Shown here one piece after another: positions 44,089 through 54,503 of a stretch of DNA of 64,000 bases. The notes under the pieces were generated by a model. It did no database searches. It saw only the letters and a program-made list of their open reading frames with translations, and had not been told where the DNA came from. Position numbers and translations under genes: made by a program. The stretch is taken from positions 29,624 through 93,623 of the forward strand of contig NZ_DATCSO010000101.1 in the NCBI RefSeq assembly GCF_036568425.1, given 5' to 3'. This DNA is from Salegentibacter sp. Its GTDB lineage: Bacteria > Bacteroidota > Bacteroidia > Flavobacteriales > Flavobacteriaceae. Position 1 is the stretch's first letter. Every line of letters begins with the position of its first letter.

Positions 44089-45301
44089 CTTCAATAAACC
44101 GGGACATAAAATAAGTGCTACGATGAAGATGATGCTTTAACATAGCACCGATAAAATTCTTTTCACGATGTTTAACCAGATCGTCCATGAGTTGTAATTT
44201 TTGCTGAAATTTCTTTCGAAAAATTTCAACTGAAAAACGGGAGTTAATTATATCAAAACCACAGGCCTGCGTAGCGTTCCACTTTGATTCATCCCGATAT
44301 AATTTAACAGCAGCATCAGAAAATTTTTCGAGATCATTTTCAATAAAACCATTCCAGGGAAAATCGCCCGGGATTCCTTCGGCTCCTACTTGAGTAGTGA
44401 TAGCGGGCGTACCGCTTTGCATTGCTTGTATTAATTTACCCTTTAACCCGGCCCCAAATTGTAGTGGCGCGAGACATATTCTGGCTTTTTTCATTTCTGT
44501 TACCGCATTATCAGCTCTTCCGTGCACTAAAAATCCATTTTTTTTATCGTTTAATTTGAAGATCTTTTCAGAGGGATAGGCTCCATAAATATGCAAATTA
44601 GCTTCAGGAAGTTGTTTCCTTATTAATGGCCAGATCTTTTCCTTCAAGGTAAATACAGCATTTCTGTTGGGCTCATGAAGAAAATTCCCAATGCTTATAA
44701 AATCTTTTCTTTCATTAAAACCCGGCAGGGAATCACCTTCTTCCGAGGTGATTTTTTTTAGCATAAAAGGTAAATAAAGCAGGAGGCTTTCAGGAATATT
44801 AAATTCACTGATGAGTAATTGGTTTTCAACTTCAGATATGATCAGGCTCAAATCACTGCGATAAATTGAAGCTATCTCCCTTTTTGTAAGATCTGAAGTT
44901 AAATAGATCTCTTTGGGATTCCTTTTTTCTTTGTACGCCTGATGTCGCCCTTTTCTAATAAAATGAAGGTCTTCGGTATCCAGAATCTTAAGGGCACCGG
45001 GACAAAATTTATCAACCCTCCAGCTAAATTGTTCCTCCGTCATAAACCTGTCAAATAACACTATATCAGGTTGTAAGTCTTCAATGTAGCTATCAAAACC
45101 AGAAGAGTTCAGCTGAATGTTTTTTGTTATTAATCCCAGGTTTTCCAGTTGAGGAACAAAGGTAGTTCGGGTTGCAGTGGTGGAAAAATGCACCTCATAG
45201 TTTTCCTTCAGAAAAAAATCAATTAACTGCATCATTCGGGTGCCGGCGGCCGTAGAGGTAGGTTCTGGCCATACATAGCCTATAATGAGCAATTTTTTCA
45301 T
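44066..45301 (-). CDS. Glycosyltransferase (GT-B fold, family 4-like)
   Basis: 411 aa. The C-terminal half carries a GT1/GT4-like motif (FGAGLKGKLIQAMQSGTPAITTQVGAEG). Confidence 0.65.
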   Translation of the reverse strand: MKKLLIIGYVWPEPTSTAAGTRMMQLIDFFLKENYEVHFSTTATRTTFVPQLENLGLITKNIQLNSSGFDSYIEDLQPDIVLFDRFMTEEQFSWRVDKFCPGALKILDTEDLHFIRKGRHQAYKEKRNPKEIYLTSDLTKREIASIYRSDLSLIISEVENQLLISEFNIPESLLLYLPFMLKKITSEEGDSLPGFNERKDFISIGNFLHEPNRNAVFTLKEKIWPLIRKQLPEANLHIYGAYPSEKIFKLNDKKNGFLVHGRADNAVTEMKKARICLAPLQFGAGLKGKLIQAMQSGTPAITTQVGAEGIPGDFPWNGFIENDLEKFSDAAVKLYRDESKWNATQACGFDIINSRFSVEIFRKKFQQKLQLMDDLVKHREKNFIGAMLKHHLHRSTYFMSRFIEEKNKTAG

Positions 45302-45322
45302 AGTTAGATCTTATTTGCAGTG

Positions 45323-45330
45323 CAAAGATA
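45323..45330 (-). promoter_or_regulatory. Candidate -7 element TAnnTTTG (TATCTTTG on minus strand)
   Basis: CAAAGATA on the plus strand, 21 nt upstream of the glycosyltransferase ATG. It sits in the 31-nt gap after the SLC13 gene. Confidence 0.4.
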
Positions 45331-45332
45331 AT

Positions 45333-47138
45333 TTAAATGCTTCCCGCTAATAGCATAGAACCAACAATCCATAATATTAGCGATACTACGCCTCCAATAA
45401 TTAAGAAATGCTTGAAACGGTAAATTCCCATTCCATAGATAATAGTATTGGTTTGATAACCCACAGGAGTAAAGAAACTAAAATTTGCTGCAAACAACAC
45501 GGCAAGAATAAAGGGTTTGGGGTCCATTTTTAAAGCAAGAGCAATGGTAATTGCAATAGGGGTGATAATTATCGCGGTAGCGTTATTAGATACAAATCCA
45601 CTCATAATCATGGTGACCAGAAATAACAACCCAATGGTCACAATATTGGTTCGTTCTGTGAATAGTTCCAGTAATTGATTAGAAAGCCATTGATCAGCCC
45701 CGGTATTACTCATGGCAACGCCCAGCGGTATCATTCCTGCTAAAAGAAATATAATTTGCCAGTTTACCCGGGAATAAATTTTACTCAGATCTATGCATTT
45801 AAAGTAGATCATTAAAAAGCAACCTACCAGGGCGCTTTTAAGGATAGGAAAAAACCCAAAGGCTGATAAAGCAATAACCAACAAAAGAATAAACAGGCTT
45901 AAGTATCTCTTTTTGCGATCGCTTACTTTTATATCCGGGTGTTCCTGGAGTATCGTTACATTTTCTATTTTTATAAGTTCCTCCAGGACACTTTTTGTTG
46001 CCTCTACAAGCAAGCGGTCTCCAACTCTGAGTTCTATCTGGCTGCGGGATTTATCAAAAATCCTACGTCGGGGATTCATAAAATTCCTTCTTTTTCTTAT
46101 AGCAAGAGGCACCGCTCCATATAACTCATGCCTCCCCACATGTTTTAATCTTTTACCCACCAGGGGGGAATTAGGCAGGATTAATAATTCTACTACCTGA
46201 ACATTTTCATCCAGGTCGGTATCCTTTTCATCATCATTTTGGGTGAGTTTTTTATCTTTTATTACTGATATTCCTTTTGTTTTTTTTAGCTTCATTAGGT
46301 ACTGAAGGTTGCAGCGTAACAGAAATTCATCGGCTTCTTTAATGCTGATATCCTTCCCCGGTTTGTCATTTATTATACTTTCTCTCTTTAATCTTAAAAC
46401 TTCAACTTCAGGATTATTTTGAAAGAAGGTATCTTCTATATTTTTCCCTATTAGGTTTGAATCTTTTTGAATGATGATTTTGGTGATAAATTCATCCAGG
46501 TCATATACATCGGTGTAATGAGAAGGTTTTTTATTTGGCAGGAATTTGATCATTAAACTAACCACGACAATAGTTATAGCCATAAAGATTACACCATACC
46601 AGGTGAATTCGAAAAAACTAAAACGCTCTATACCCCGGTCTACAGCTACAGCATTTACAATAAGGTTGGTAGAAGTTCCCATCAACGTGCAACTTCCGCC
46701 AATAATTCCTGCAAAAGAAACAGGTAAGAGTAACTTTGAGGCTGGTATATCGTAACGCAAGGAAAGTTCATTAATGATTTTAATGAAAACAATCACTACT
46801 GCAGTGGTATTTATAAAAGCCGAAATTCCACCTGCAATAAACATAAAAGCCGGAACCATTAGATAAACCGGTAAACCGCGCAACTTCCTTAACCCATTTG
46901 CCAGCCAATCTATTACTCCGTTGGTTTCCAGACCAATAGCCATTATCATAAGTGCTAGTACCGTAATAGTGGCAGGACTGGAAAAACCGGATATAGCTTC
47001 TTCTGGACTAATGATATTGGTTACCAGCAGACTTACCATGATAAAAAAGGCAATTTTATCTACCGGAAATAATTCAAGGGCGAAGAGAACAATAACAATT
47101 CCCAGAATTATAAATAAAAGGAGAATCTCGGTAGTCAT
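45333..47138 (-). CDS. SLC13/DASS-family permease with central TrkA-C domains
   Basis: 601 aa. Two polytopic halves flank a soluble ~200-aa insert (two RCK_C-like segments: IIQKDSNLIGKNIED... and ELLILPNSPLVGKRLKH...). Confidence 0.78.
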   Translation of the reverse strand: MTTEILLLFIILGIVIVLFALELFPVDKIAFFIMVSLLVTNIISPEEAISGFSSPATITVLALMIMAIGLETNGVIDWLANGLRKLRGLPVYLMVPAFMFIAGGISAFINTTAVVIVFIKIINELSLRYDIPASKLLLPVSFAGIIGGSCTLMGTSTNLIVNAVAVDRGIERFSFFEFTWYGVIFMAITIVVVSLMIKFLPNKKPSHYTDVYDLDEFITKIIIQKDSNLIGKNIEDTFFQNNPEVEVLRLKRESIINDKPGKDISIKEADEFLLRCNLQYLMKLKKTKGISVIKDKKLTQNDDEKDTDLDENVQVVELLILPNSPLVGKRLKHVGRHELYGAVPLAIRKRRNFMNPRRRIFDKSRSQIELRVGDRLLVEATKSVLEELIKIENVTILQEHPDIKVSDRKKRYLSLFILLLVIALSAFGFFPILKSALVGCFLMIYFKCIDLSKIYSRVNWQIIFLLAGMIPLGVAMSNTGADQWLSNQLLELFTERTNIVTIGLLFLVTMIMSGFVSNNATAIIITPIAITIALALKMDPKPFILAVLFAANFSFFTPVGYQTNTIIYGMGIYRFKHFLIIGGVVSLILWIVGSMLLAGSI

Positions 47139-47282
47139 ATCTAAATTTAAACATAAAATTAAACTAGAAGGAATAGCTGTAAGAATTCTTTAGAATTATT
47201 TATGGCTTAATTCATTAAGGGTAAATTCTCCATATAGCCTACCCAGAAAAAATTTAGTAACTTGAATTAAAATGAATTAGTT

Positions 47283-47783
47283 ATGAGCAGAGGATTTGTA
47301 AAAGAAGAAGACCAGGAAGAAGCTCCCTTAATACCACCTCGTGCAGCCTTGCCTGATGGGGTCACAAATTATGTGACTCCCCACGGATTTAATTTGTTGC
47401 AGGAAGAAAAAAAAGAACTTGAGCACCAACGCACTTCTATTAAAATTAAAAATGAAGCTGAATCCCGAAGAGCAAAATCGGTTATAGACGGAAAATTAAA
47501 ATTGCTCAATGACCGTATCGCTACAGCCCGAATTCTGGATCCTCAGTCCCAGGCCAAAGATGAAGTGAGGTTTGGCGCCAGGGTGAAATATAAACAGAAA
47601 GAATCTGGGGAAATTCAACAATTTACGATAGTAGGTGTGGATGAAGCCGATGTAAAGAAACAGAAAATTGCTTTTATTGCTCCCATTGCTAAGGCGGTAA
47701 CCGGAAAAAAAGTTGGAGAGTTTGTAAAATTCAGCTTAGGTCCGGAAATCCGTAATCTGGAAATTCTGGAAATTTCTTATTAA
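47283..47783 (+). CDS. GreA/GreB-family transcription elongation factor homolog
   Basis: 166 aa with a coiled-coil N-terminus and a C-terminal Gre domain (FGARVKY...IVGVDEAD...IAFIAPIAKAVTGKKVGE). Confidence 0.72.
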   Translation: MSRGFVKEEDQEEAPLIPPRAALPDGVTNYVTPHGFNLLQEEKKELEHQRTSIKIKNEAESRRAKSVIDGKLKLLNDRIATARILDPQSQAKDEVRFGARVKYKQKESGEIQQFTIVGVDEADVKKQKIAFIAPIAKAVTGKKVGEFVKFSLGPEIRNLEILEISY

Positions 47784-47824
47784 AGTTGTAGCTTGTTATT
47801 TATTAGGTATTTAATTATTTACAA

Positions 47825-48247
47825 ATGAAAAAAACTTACTTAACCACCTTAAACCTTCAGCAGGTTGATATAGGCCTTCTTGTTTTCAGATTGGCTATCT
47901 CTGGTCTAATGTTAACTCACGGAATTCCAAAACTAATTCGGTTTTTTGGTGATGCTCCCATACAATTTGCAGATCCGATAGGAATAGGGGAGGTTACCAC
48001 TTTTACCTTAGCTGTTCTGGCAGAGTTTGTATGTTCATTATTAGTGATTATTGGATTGGGTACCAGGTTCGCGGTAATTCCTTTAATCGCTACAATGGCC
48101 GTGGCGGCTTTAATAGTTCACGTTCCCGATGGTTTTGATAAACAGGAACTACCCCTTTTATTTTTATCGGGATGGATTTTATTGTTTTTCACGGGCGCAG
48201 GAAAATATTCTCTAGATCATTATTTTCTGGCGAAAAAAAGAAAATAA
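47825..48247 (+). CDS. DoxX family membrane protein
   Basis: 140 aa, LLVFRLAISGLMLTHGIPKL, four TM helices, C-terminus GAGKYSLD. Confidence 0.8.
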   Translation: MKKTYLTTLNLQQVDIGLLVFRLAISGLMLTHGIPKLIRFFGDAPIQFADPIGIGEVTTFTLAVLAEFVCSLLVIIGLGTRFAVIPLIATMAVAALIVHVPDGFDKQELPLLFLSGWILLFFTGAGKYSLDHYFLAKKRK

Positions 48248-48277
48248 AAAACGGCTTTCCGGGAAGGAAAGCCGTTT
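48248..48277. terminator. Bidirectional hairpin terminator
   Basis: AAACGGCTTTCC-GGGAA-GGAAAGCCGTTT between convergent genes, with flanking A and T runs. Confidence 0.7.
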
Positions 48278-48296
48278 ATAATTTAGCCAGTACTAC

Positions 48297-49127
48297 TTAT
48301 TGTTCTGAATCCAGCATCGCGAAGAATTTATCCAGGTTTGGAATAATCACAATTCTGGTTCTTCTGTTCTTAGCCATATTCTCAGGAGAATCATTATCTA
48401 CAAGTGGAGAATAACTACTTCTTCCTGCCGCAATAAGTTTTGCAGGATCTACATCATATTTATCCTGTAATAACCTTACAATAGATGTGGCTCTTCGTAC
48501 ACTTAGATCCCAGTTATCTTTTAGGTAAGAACCTTCTACCATTGTACGATCGTCGGTATGGCCCTCAACCATAACTTCCATGCTTGGTTCAGAGTTAATA
48601 ACTTCGGCAAGCTTCTTCAATAGCTTGTTTGCATCGTTTCTAACCCTATAACTACCATCACCAAAGAGGAGTTTGTCAGATACGTTAATCATTACCACGG
48701 TCTTGTCTACGCTAATATCCACATCATCTTCTTCTGATCCTTCAGAAATAGATTGCTTTAAGTTGTGAGATACTGCGAGGTTAATAGAATCTTCCAGGGT
48801 TTCGGCTTCTGCAACTTTTTCCGGATCCATTTTGGCGATCGTTGCCCGCATTTTCGCCTTATTATTATTAGACATCACGGTAAGATCGTTCATTTCCATT
48901 TTTTCATCACTTTCCTCACGTAGGGAATTGATTTTAGCATTGTACTCGGCAACACGAGCTTCAACTTTCGCGTATTTTGCTTCAATTTCTTCCTTTTCTA
49001 CCTGTGTTTTTTGCAGAGTACTTCTGGTATCGTCTAATTCAGATTCCAGTTCCACATATTTTTTCTTTGAAACACAAGATGTCAGCATAGCTGCTGATAA
49101 AACGGTAATTGCTACTGTTTTTCTCAT
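48297..49127 (-). CDS. OmpA-family lipoprotein (coiled-coil plus peptidoglycan-binding OmpA/MotB domain)
   Basis: Lipobox MLTSC. C-terminal motifs VEGHTDDRT and NRRTRIVI. Confidence 0.88.
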   Translation of the reverse strand: MRKTVAITVLSAAMLTSCVSKKKYVELESELDDTRSTLQKTQVEKEEIEAKYAKVEARVAEYNAKINSLREESDEKMEMNDLTVMSNNNKAKMRATIAKMDPEKVAEAETLEDSINLAVSHNLKQSISEGSEEDDVDISVDKTVVMINVSDKLLFGDGSYRVRNDANKLLKKLAEVINSEPSMEVMVEGHTDDRTMVEGSYLKDNWDLSVRRATSIVRLLQDKYDVDPAKLIAAGRSSYSPLVDNDSPENMAKNRRTRIVIIPNLDKFFAMLDSEQ

Positions 49128-49524
49128 AGTTAGTTTATTTTATTTTAAGTCCAATTAAGTGTTAGTTTATATGATTTTTGGACGCACCAAAGAAAACGAG
49201 ACGGATTCCCTTATCGTATTTATTTTTACCGTTTAACGTTTTTTTAAGGGAGATTTATCATTTCGTTGTAAGAAAACACTTTCAATGACAGAGCGGTTTT
49301 TTAGCCTTAATTAAGCTGATAAATAACCCTGGAAGCAATGGCAATGGTTGATGCTAGTGGTTTTATTCTCCAATCTATTCCTCTCCTAATCAACCTCAGT
49401 TAACTAAGAGATAGGTTCCCGGGAAATAAATTCGAGGAGATCTAGCGATTTCTACCTAACAACTTCAAGCGGGCTTTAACAGAAATTTATTGAAAATCTC
49501 TCTGCAAAAACACTTATTATGGGC

Positions 49525-49532
49525 TAAATTTG
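49525..49532 (+). promoter_or_regulatory. Candidate -7 element TAnnTTTG (TAAATTTG)
   Basis: Exact match, 19 nt upstream of the tamB TTG start. Confidence 0.4.
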
Positions 49533-49551
49533 AAGGAAAGCCTTATAAAAA

Positions 49552-52500
49552 TTGAATAAGAAGTCAGGAAAAACAGGATATAAAATTTTAAGAATCCTCG
49601 CAAAAATCTTTGCGGGGGTTCTTGTTTTTATCTTATTGCTTATATTATTCATAAGATCTCCCTGGGGCCAAAACCTTCTCGTAGATAAATTTACTTCCTC
49701 CATTGCAAAAAAAACCAATACCAAAATAGAAATTGATCGCTTGTTCCTAACCTTTTCAGGAAACATCAATTTAGATGGGTTATATCTTGAGGATCAAAAA
49801 GGTGATACTCTTATTTATTCTAAAAGTCTGGAGGCCGATGTTCCTTTTTGGCCTATTATCCGAGGCCAAGGCATTAGCATAAATTACCTTGATTGGAATG
49901 GAGTGACGGCCAATATTCACCGGGAAGATTCTTTGGAAGGCTTCAATTTTGATTATTTGATGGAAGCCCTGGCAGGTTCAGGTACAACAACTAACAACCA
50001 GGATACTACTCAAACTGCTCCAATTCAAATCGAGATCGGGGAAGTATCCCTAAACAATTTTAATCTGAGTTATCATGATAAAGTTTCAGGTATTGATTCT
50101 GAAATAAAGGTAGGTAGTTTAACTCTTGAAATGGATAAAACCGACCTTGAAAGTATGAATTTTCAGATTGCCGATTTGGAAATAGAAAACAGCTTAATCG
50201 ATTACCATCAGAGGAAAGCTTTTCCTGAATCTGATAAGGAAGCGCCACCTTTGCCAAAGCTTTCAGCTAATTCTGTGCGGCTGGAAAATATTGAAGCCAG
50301 GTATAATTCGGTTCCTGATTCTTTGAAAGTCCGGGCCGATATTGGAAGATTTTTATCTTTAAATCCAAACCTGGATCTTCCAAATAATCGAATGGCTGTA
50401 GATCAAATCGACCTGGAGTCTTCACAAATAGCAGTTAATATTCAAACCAACCCGAAGAGAATTAATGCTTCGCCAAAAACTCAGGAAGGTTTTACCTGGC
50501 CGGAATATTATTTAAAACTGAAAGAATTAAACCTGGAAAATAACAGCTTTACTTTTACCCAAAATGCTAAAGATCCTCAGGAAAATATATTTGATCCAAC
50601 GGCTATTGCATTGGAAAATATATATCTACAGGCGACTGATTTTCTTTTTGAAGAGCAAAACGCTCACTTAAACCTTGAAAAGCTAAGCTTTAATGAATCA
50701 ACTGGTTATGAACTCAATGAATTTTCCGGAGAGTTCTTATTATCAGATAGGGAGATGAAGTTTTATGAACTACAACTTCAACTAAATCAGAGTAATCTTC
50801 GGGGGGATTTTTCTGCCCAATACTCCTCTTTAAACGATTTTATTCAAAAGCCGGAGAACTCTAAACTTTCCGTAAACCTACCACAGATCAATTTCGATAT
50901 TAATGATCTTTTTAAATTACAACCTGATTTAAGACAAAATGAATATATCCAGGCTCTCAGCAAGAATATGGTAAACGGCCAGATTCAGGCGCAGGGAAGT
51001 CTTGCTGATCTTTCTGTTTCAACAGCAAAAATATATTGGGGAGAAACTTATATCAATGCAAATGGGCGTATTAAAAATGCCAGCGATCCTGAAAGAATCA
51101 GTTTTAATTTCCCAAATGCAAAGTTGGTTTCAAATAGGCGAGATCTTCAAGGCTTCGTGAATGAAACTGAGTTGGGCTTTAGAATTCCTAATGATGTAGA
51201 TCTTCAGGGACAGCTAAGTGGATCCCCAACAAATATTAGGGCCGATGTTATCCTGAATTCCAGTGACGGAAAGATCGATCTTGAAGGAAATTTCAGAAAT
51301 GATGCAGAGATGGCTTTTAAAGCTGACCTTAGGACCACAGGACTCAATTTGGGAAATCTGCTCAGCAATAAAAGTATGGGCTTAATGAATTTAGACCTTA
51401 CTGCTTCGGGATCGGGGGATAATATGAATTATATGGATGCCGAAGTAGAAGCAATGATCAATTCCTTTACTTATAATGATTATGAAATAAATGACCTGCC
51501 GATTACAGGAGAACTGGAAAATGGACAGGGAATGTTTAATAGTTCTTACCGCGACGAAAACCTTGATGCTACACTAGACGCCTATGTTCAACTCGATTCA
51601 ATAGCTCCCGAGGCCCAAATCGATCTTAATATGGAGGGAGCCGACCTTCAGGCCCTGGGATTCACTTCCAGGCATATTAAAACAGGATTCAAATTAAAAG
51701 GGAATTTTAAAGGTAATGCAGAGAATTATGAGGTAGATGCTCAGCTTACCGATGCAATTGCAGTATATGATAACGAACCTTATTTTGCAGGAGATCTTAA
51801 TCTGGATGCACACGTAACTCCAGATACTACTGCTTTACACATCAATAACAGCATTTTGGAGCTTAGTCTGGAATCAAATTCCGACCCTATTGGTTTTGCT
51901 GAAGCTCTTGAACGTCATTATTTGAGTTATTACACCGATAAGGAAATTGATACGGCTAAAAATCCCGTAAATATCAAAATGAGAGGAGAAATACGTCAGG
52001 ATCCCATCTTAACCGATGTTTTCATTTCAGGCATTGAAGAAATGGATACCATCTCTCTGAATATGGATTTCAGGGAAAAGGAACGTAAATTGACTACAGC
52101 TGTTAATTTTCCTAAACTTCAATATGGGTCCAATGTAATAGATAGTCTTGCTTTCAGAATGAATTCTGATAAGGAAGACCTGGATTTTGAGTTTGGTTTT
52201 AATTCCCTGGAAGGTGGCCCTCTTTTGGTAAAAAAAACTTTCCTTCAGGGAAAAATGCAAGACCAGAAGTTGTATCTGGACTTTGTGGCTAATGATAAGG
52301 ATAGTCTTTTAGTGCATGTGATGACAGAAACCAGCAGGCAGGGAGACAGTGTGATGGTAAGTTTAAATTCTTCTGAATTAATCCTGAATAAAAATAAATG
52401 GGAGGTTCCGGAGAATAACAGCATCGTATATACGCAGGACAATCTTGAATTCAACAATTTCAGAATTAGCAGAAATCAGCAGGAAATAAATATCGATAAT

Positions 52501-54501
52501 GCTTCTGTAAAAACAAATAAGAAAAATATCTCCCTAAATTTTAAGAACTTTAATCTGGCTACTATTTTCAACTATTTTAATCCTGAGCAGGAACTGGCAG
52601 GAGGGAAGATGGATGGAAGTTTGGTTATGGAAGACCCCTTTGGGAGTACCGCGATGCTGGCTGATTTAAAAGTAAGAGATTTCAGAGTAATGGAAGCACC
52701 TCTCGGGGTATTAACTCTTGATGCAAGCGCCAAAGGTGGAGGAAATTATGCTATGGATCTTTCAACAAAGGGAGGAGAATTGGATATGGATCTAACCGGG
52801 GAATATGCGGCAAATGAAAAGGCAGCTCAATTAAACCTGAATCTTCAAATAAATGACCTACAGTTAAGCGTTCTGGAGCGTTTTTCTCAGGGAGAGATTA
52901 AGGAGACCAGTGGAAGTATTACTGGAAATGTAGAAATTAAAGGTACTACCCTGGAGCCCGAGTATTCCGGCACCTTGAATTTTCACAATGCAGGTTTTAA
53001 TGTAGCAAGTTTAAATGCAGCTTTTGAGCTTAGACAGGAAAAAATAGATATTGATAACGATGGAATCTATTTGGATGATTTCACCATAAGAGATAGAAAT
53101 GATAATGAATTCGTGGTTTCAGGGGATATTTTAACAGAAACTTACTTAAACCCGGAATTCGATCTGAGACTGGAAGCAAATAATTTCGATGCCCTAAATT
53201 CTACAAGAGAAGACAATGATCTTTTCTACGGGAAAGCAAATTTTGATGTAGATGCCAGGATAACGGGCGATCTTAAGCTTCCCAGGATAGACGGTAATCT
53301 TAGGGTAAATTCTAATACAGATCTTACTTATATAATGCCTGATGCCGATCTGGAAATGGTGGAAAGGGATGGTATTGTGCGGTTTGTTAATCGTGAAGAC
53401 CCGGATGATATTTTAACAGGAAATACCGAAGAAGCAACGGCAGTTGTATCGGGAATGGTTGTAAATACGCTTATCGAAATAGATGAAGATGCGGTGTTCA
53501 CCATTATTATTGACGATAATACAGGAGATAATTTTAAAGTTGCAGGGGAAGGCGAGCTAACCTTTAACATAGCTTCAAATGGCCGAACCAGTCTTTCCGG
53601 GCGTTATGTGATGAACCGTGGCCATTATGAAATGAGCCTTTATGAATTGGTTAAAAGAGATTTTCAAATCGTATCGGGAAGTAGTATTTCCTGGTCTGGC
53701 GACCCTATGGAAGCAAGGTTGGATATTAGCGCACTTTATGAGGTGGAGACCTCTGCAACTTCTCTTATGACTAGTGGAGCGACCACTGATGTTAGTGGAC
53801 GTTTCAGGCAGGAATTACCATTTCAGGTATATCTTAATGTAGATGGAGAACTTATGCAGCCCGAATTAAGTTTTAACCTTGATATGCCAGAAGCACAGCA
53901 AGGCGCTATTGGTGGACAGGTCTATGGCAGAATTCAACAACTTAACCAGCAAGAAGCTGAACTTAACAAACAAGTATTTTCATTACTTGTTCTGAACAGG
54001 TTTTTCCCTGGAGGAGGAAGTGATGGTAGTCGTGGTGGCACTATAAATATTGCCCGAGATAATTTAAATCAGGCCTTATCAGATCAATTAAACAGATTTT
54101 CAGACCAGTTGGTTGGAGACACCGGAATAGAATTAAACTTTGGAGTAGACAGTTTTACCGATTACCAGGGAGAAAGTCCGCAGGAGCGCACTCAGGTAGA
54201 TATAACCGCCCGCAAGCGTCTTATGGATGACAGATTGATCGTTAGTGTAGGAAGCCAGGTAGATGTCCAGGGAAGTAGTCCTACAGGAGAAAGCACTCCA
54301 ATGATAGGAAATGTAAGCCTGGAATATTTGTTAACTGAAAATGGACGTTTCCGGCTTAAAGGCTTCCGAAGAAATACTTATGAAAATGTTATAGATGGAC
54401 AGATAATCATAAGTGGAATCGCCCTTATTTTCACCCGGGAGTTCAACAAATTCAAAGAATTGTTTGAAAAAGAATTGCAAGAAACTCAGGAAGAAAAATA
54501 A
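49552..54501 (+). CDS. tamB: Translocation and assembly module inner-membrane subunit TamB
   Basis: 1649 aa with an N-terminal signal-anchor and a long beta-rich body. Immediately upstream of, and 2 nt from, an Omp85 gene. Confidence 0.82.
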   Translation: MNKKSGKTGYKILRILAKIFAGVLVFILLLILFIRSPWGQNLLVDKFTSSIAKKTNTKIEIDRLFLTFSGNINLDGLYLEDQKGDTLIYSKSLEADVPFWPIIRGQGISINYLDWNGVTANIHREDSLEGFNFDYLMEALAGSGTTTNNQDTTQTAPIQIEIGEVSLNNFNLSYHDKVSGIDSEIKVGSLTLEMDKTDLESMNFQIADLEIENSLIDYHQRKAFPESDKEAPPLPKLSANSVRLENIEARYNSVPDSLKVRADIGRFLSLNPNLDLPNNRMAVDQIDLESSQIAVNIQTNPKRINASPKTQEGFTWPEYYLKLKELNLENNSFTFTQNAKDPQENIFDPTAIALENIYLQATDFLFEEQNAHLNLEKLSFNESTGYELNEFSGEFLLSDREMKFYELQLQLNQSNLRGDFSAQYSSLNDFIQKPENSKLSVNLPQINFDINDLFKLQPDLRQNEYIQALSKNMVNGQIQAQGSLADLSVSTAKIYWGETYINANGRIKNASDPERISFNFPNAKLVSNRRDLQGFVNETELGFRIPNDVDLQGQLSGSPTNIRADVILNSSDGKIDLEGNFRNDAEMAFKADLRTTGLNLGNLLSNKSMGLMNLDLTASGSGDNMNYMDAEVEAMINSFTYNDYEINDLPITGELENGQGMFNSSYRDENLDATLDAYVQLDSIAPEAQIDLNMEGADLQALGFTSRHIKTGFKLKGNFKGNAENYEVDAQLTDAIAVYDNEPYFAGDLNLDAHVTPDTTALHINNSILELSLESNSDPIGFAEALERHYLSYYTDKEIDTAKNPVNIKMRGEIRQDPILTDVFISGIEEMDTISLNMDFREKERKLTTAVNFPKLQYGSNVIDSLAFRMNSDKEDLDFEFGFNSLEGGPLLVKKTFLQGKMQDQKLYLDFVANDKDSLLVHVMTETSRQGDSVMVSLNSSELILNKNKWEVPENNSIVYTQDNLEFNNFRISRNQQEINIDNASVKTNKKNISLNFKNFNLATIFNYFNPEQELAGGKMDGSLVMEDPFGSTAMLADLKVRDFRVMEAPLGVLTLDASAKGGGNYAMDLSTKGGELDMDLTGEYAANEKAAQLNLNLQINDLQLSVLERFSQGEIKETSGSITGNVEIKGTTLEPEYSGTLNFHNAGFNVASLNAAFELRQEKIDIDNDGIYLDDFTIRDRNDNEFVVSGDILTETYLNPEFDLRLEANNFDALNSTREDNDLFYGKANFDVDARITGDLKLPRIDGNLRVNSNTDLTYIMPDADLEMVERDGIVRFVNREDPDDILTGNTEEATAVVSGMVVNTLIEIDEDAVFTIIIDDNTGDNFKVAGEGELTFNIASNGRTSLSGRYVMNRGHYEMSLYELVKRDFQIVSGSSISWSGDPMEARLDISALYEVETSATSLMTSGATTDVSGRFRQELPFQVYLNVDGELMQPELSFNLDMPEAQQGAIGGQVYGRIQQLNQQEAELNKQVFSLLVLNRFFPGGGSDGSRGGTINIARDNLNQALSDQLNRFSDQLVGDTGIELNFGVDSFTDYQGESPQERTQVDITARKRLMDDRLIVSVGSQVDVQGSSPTGESTPMIGNVSLEYLLTENGRFRLKGFRRNTYENVIDGQIIISGIALIFTREFNKFKELFEKELQETQEEK

Positions 54502-54503
54502 AT

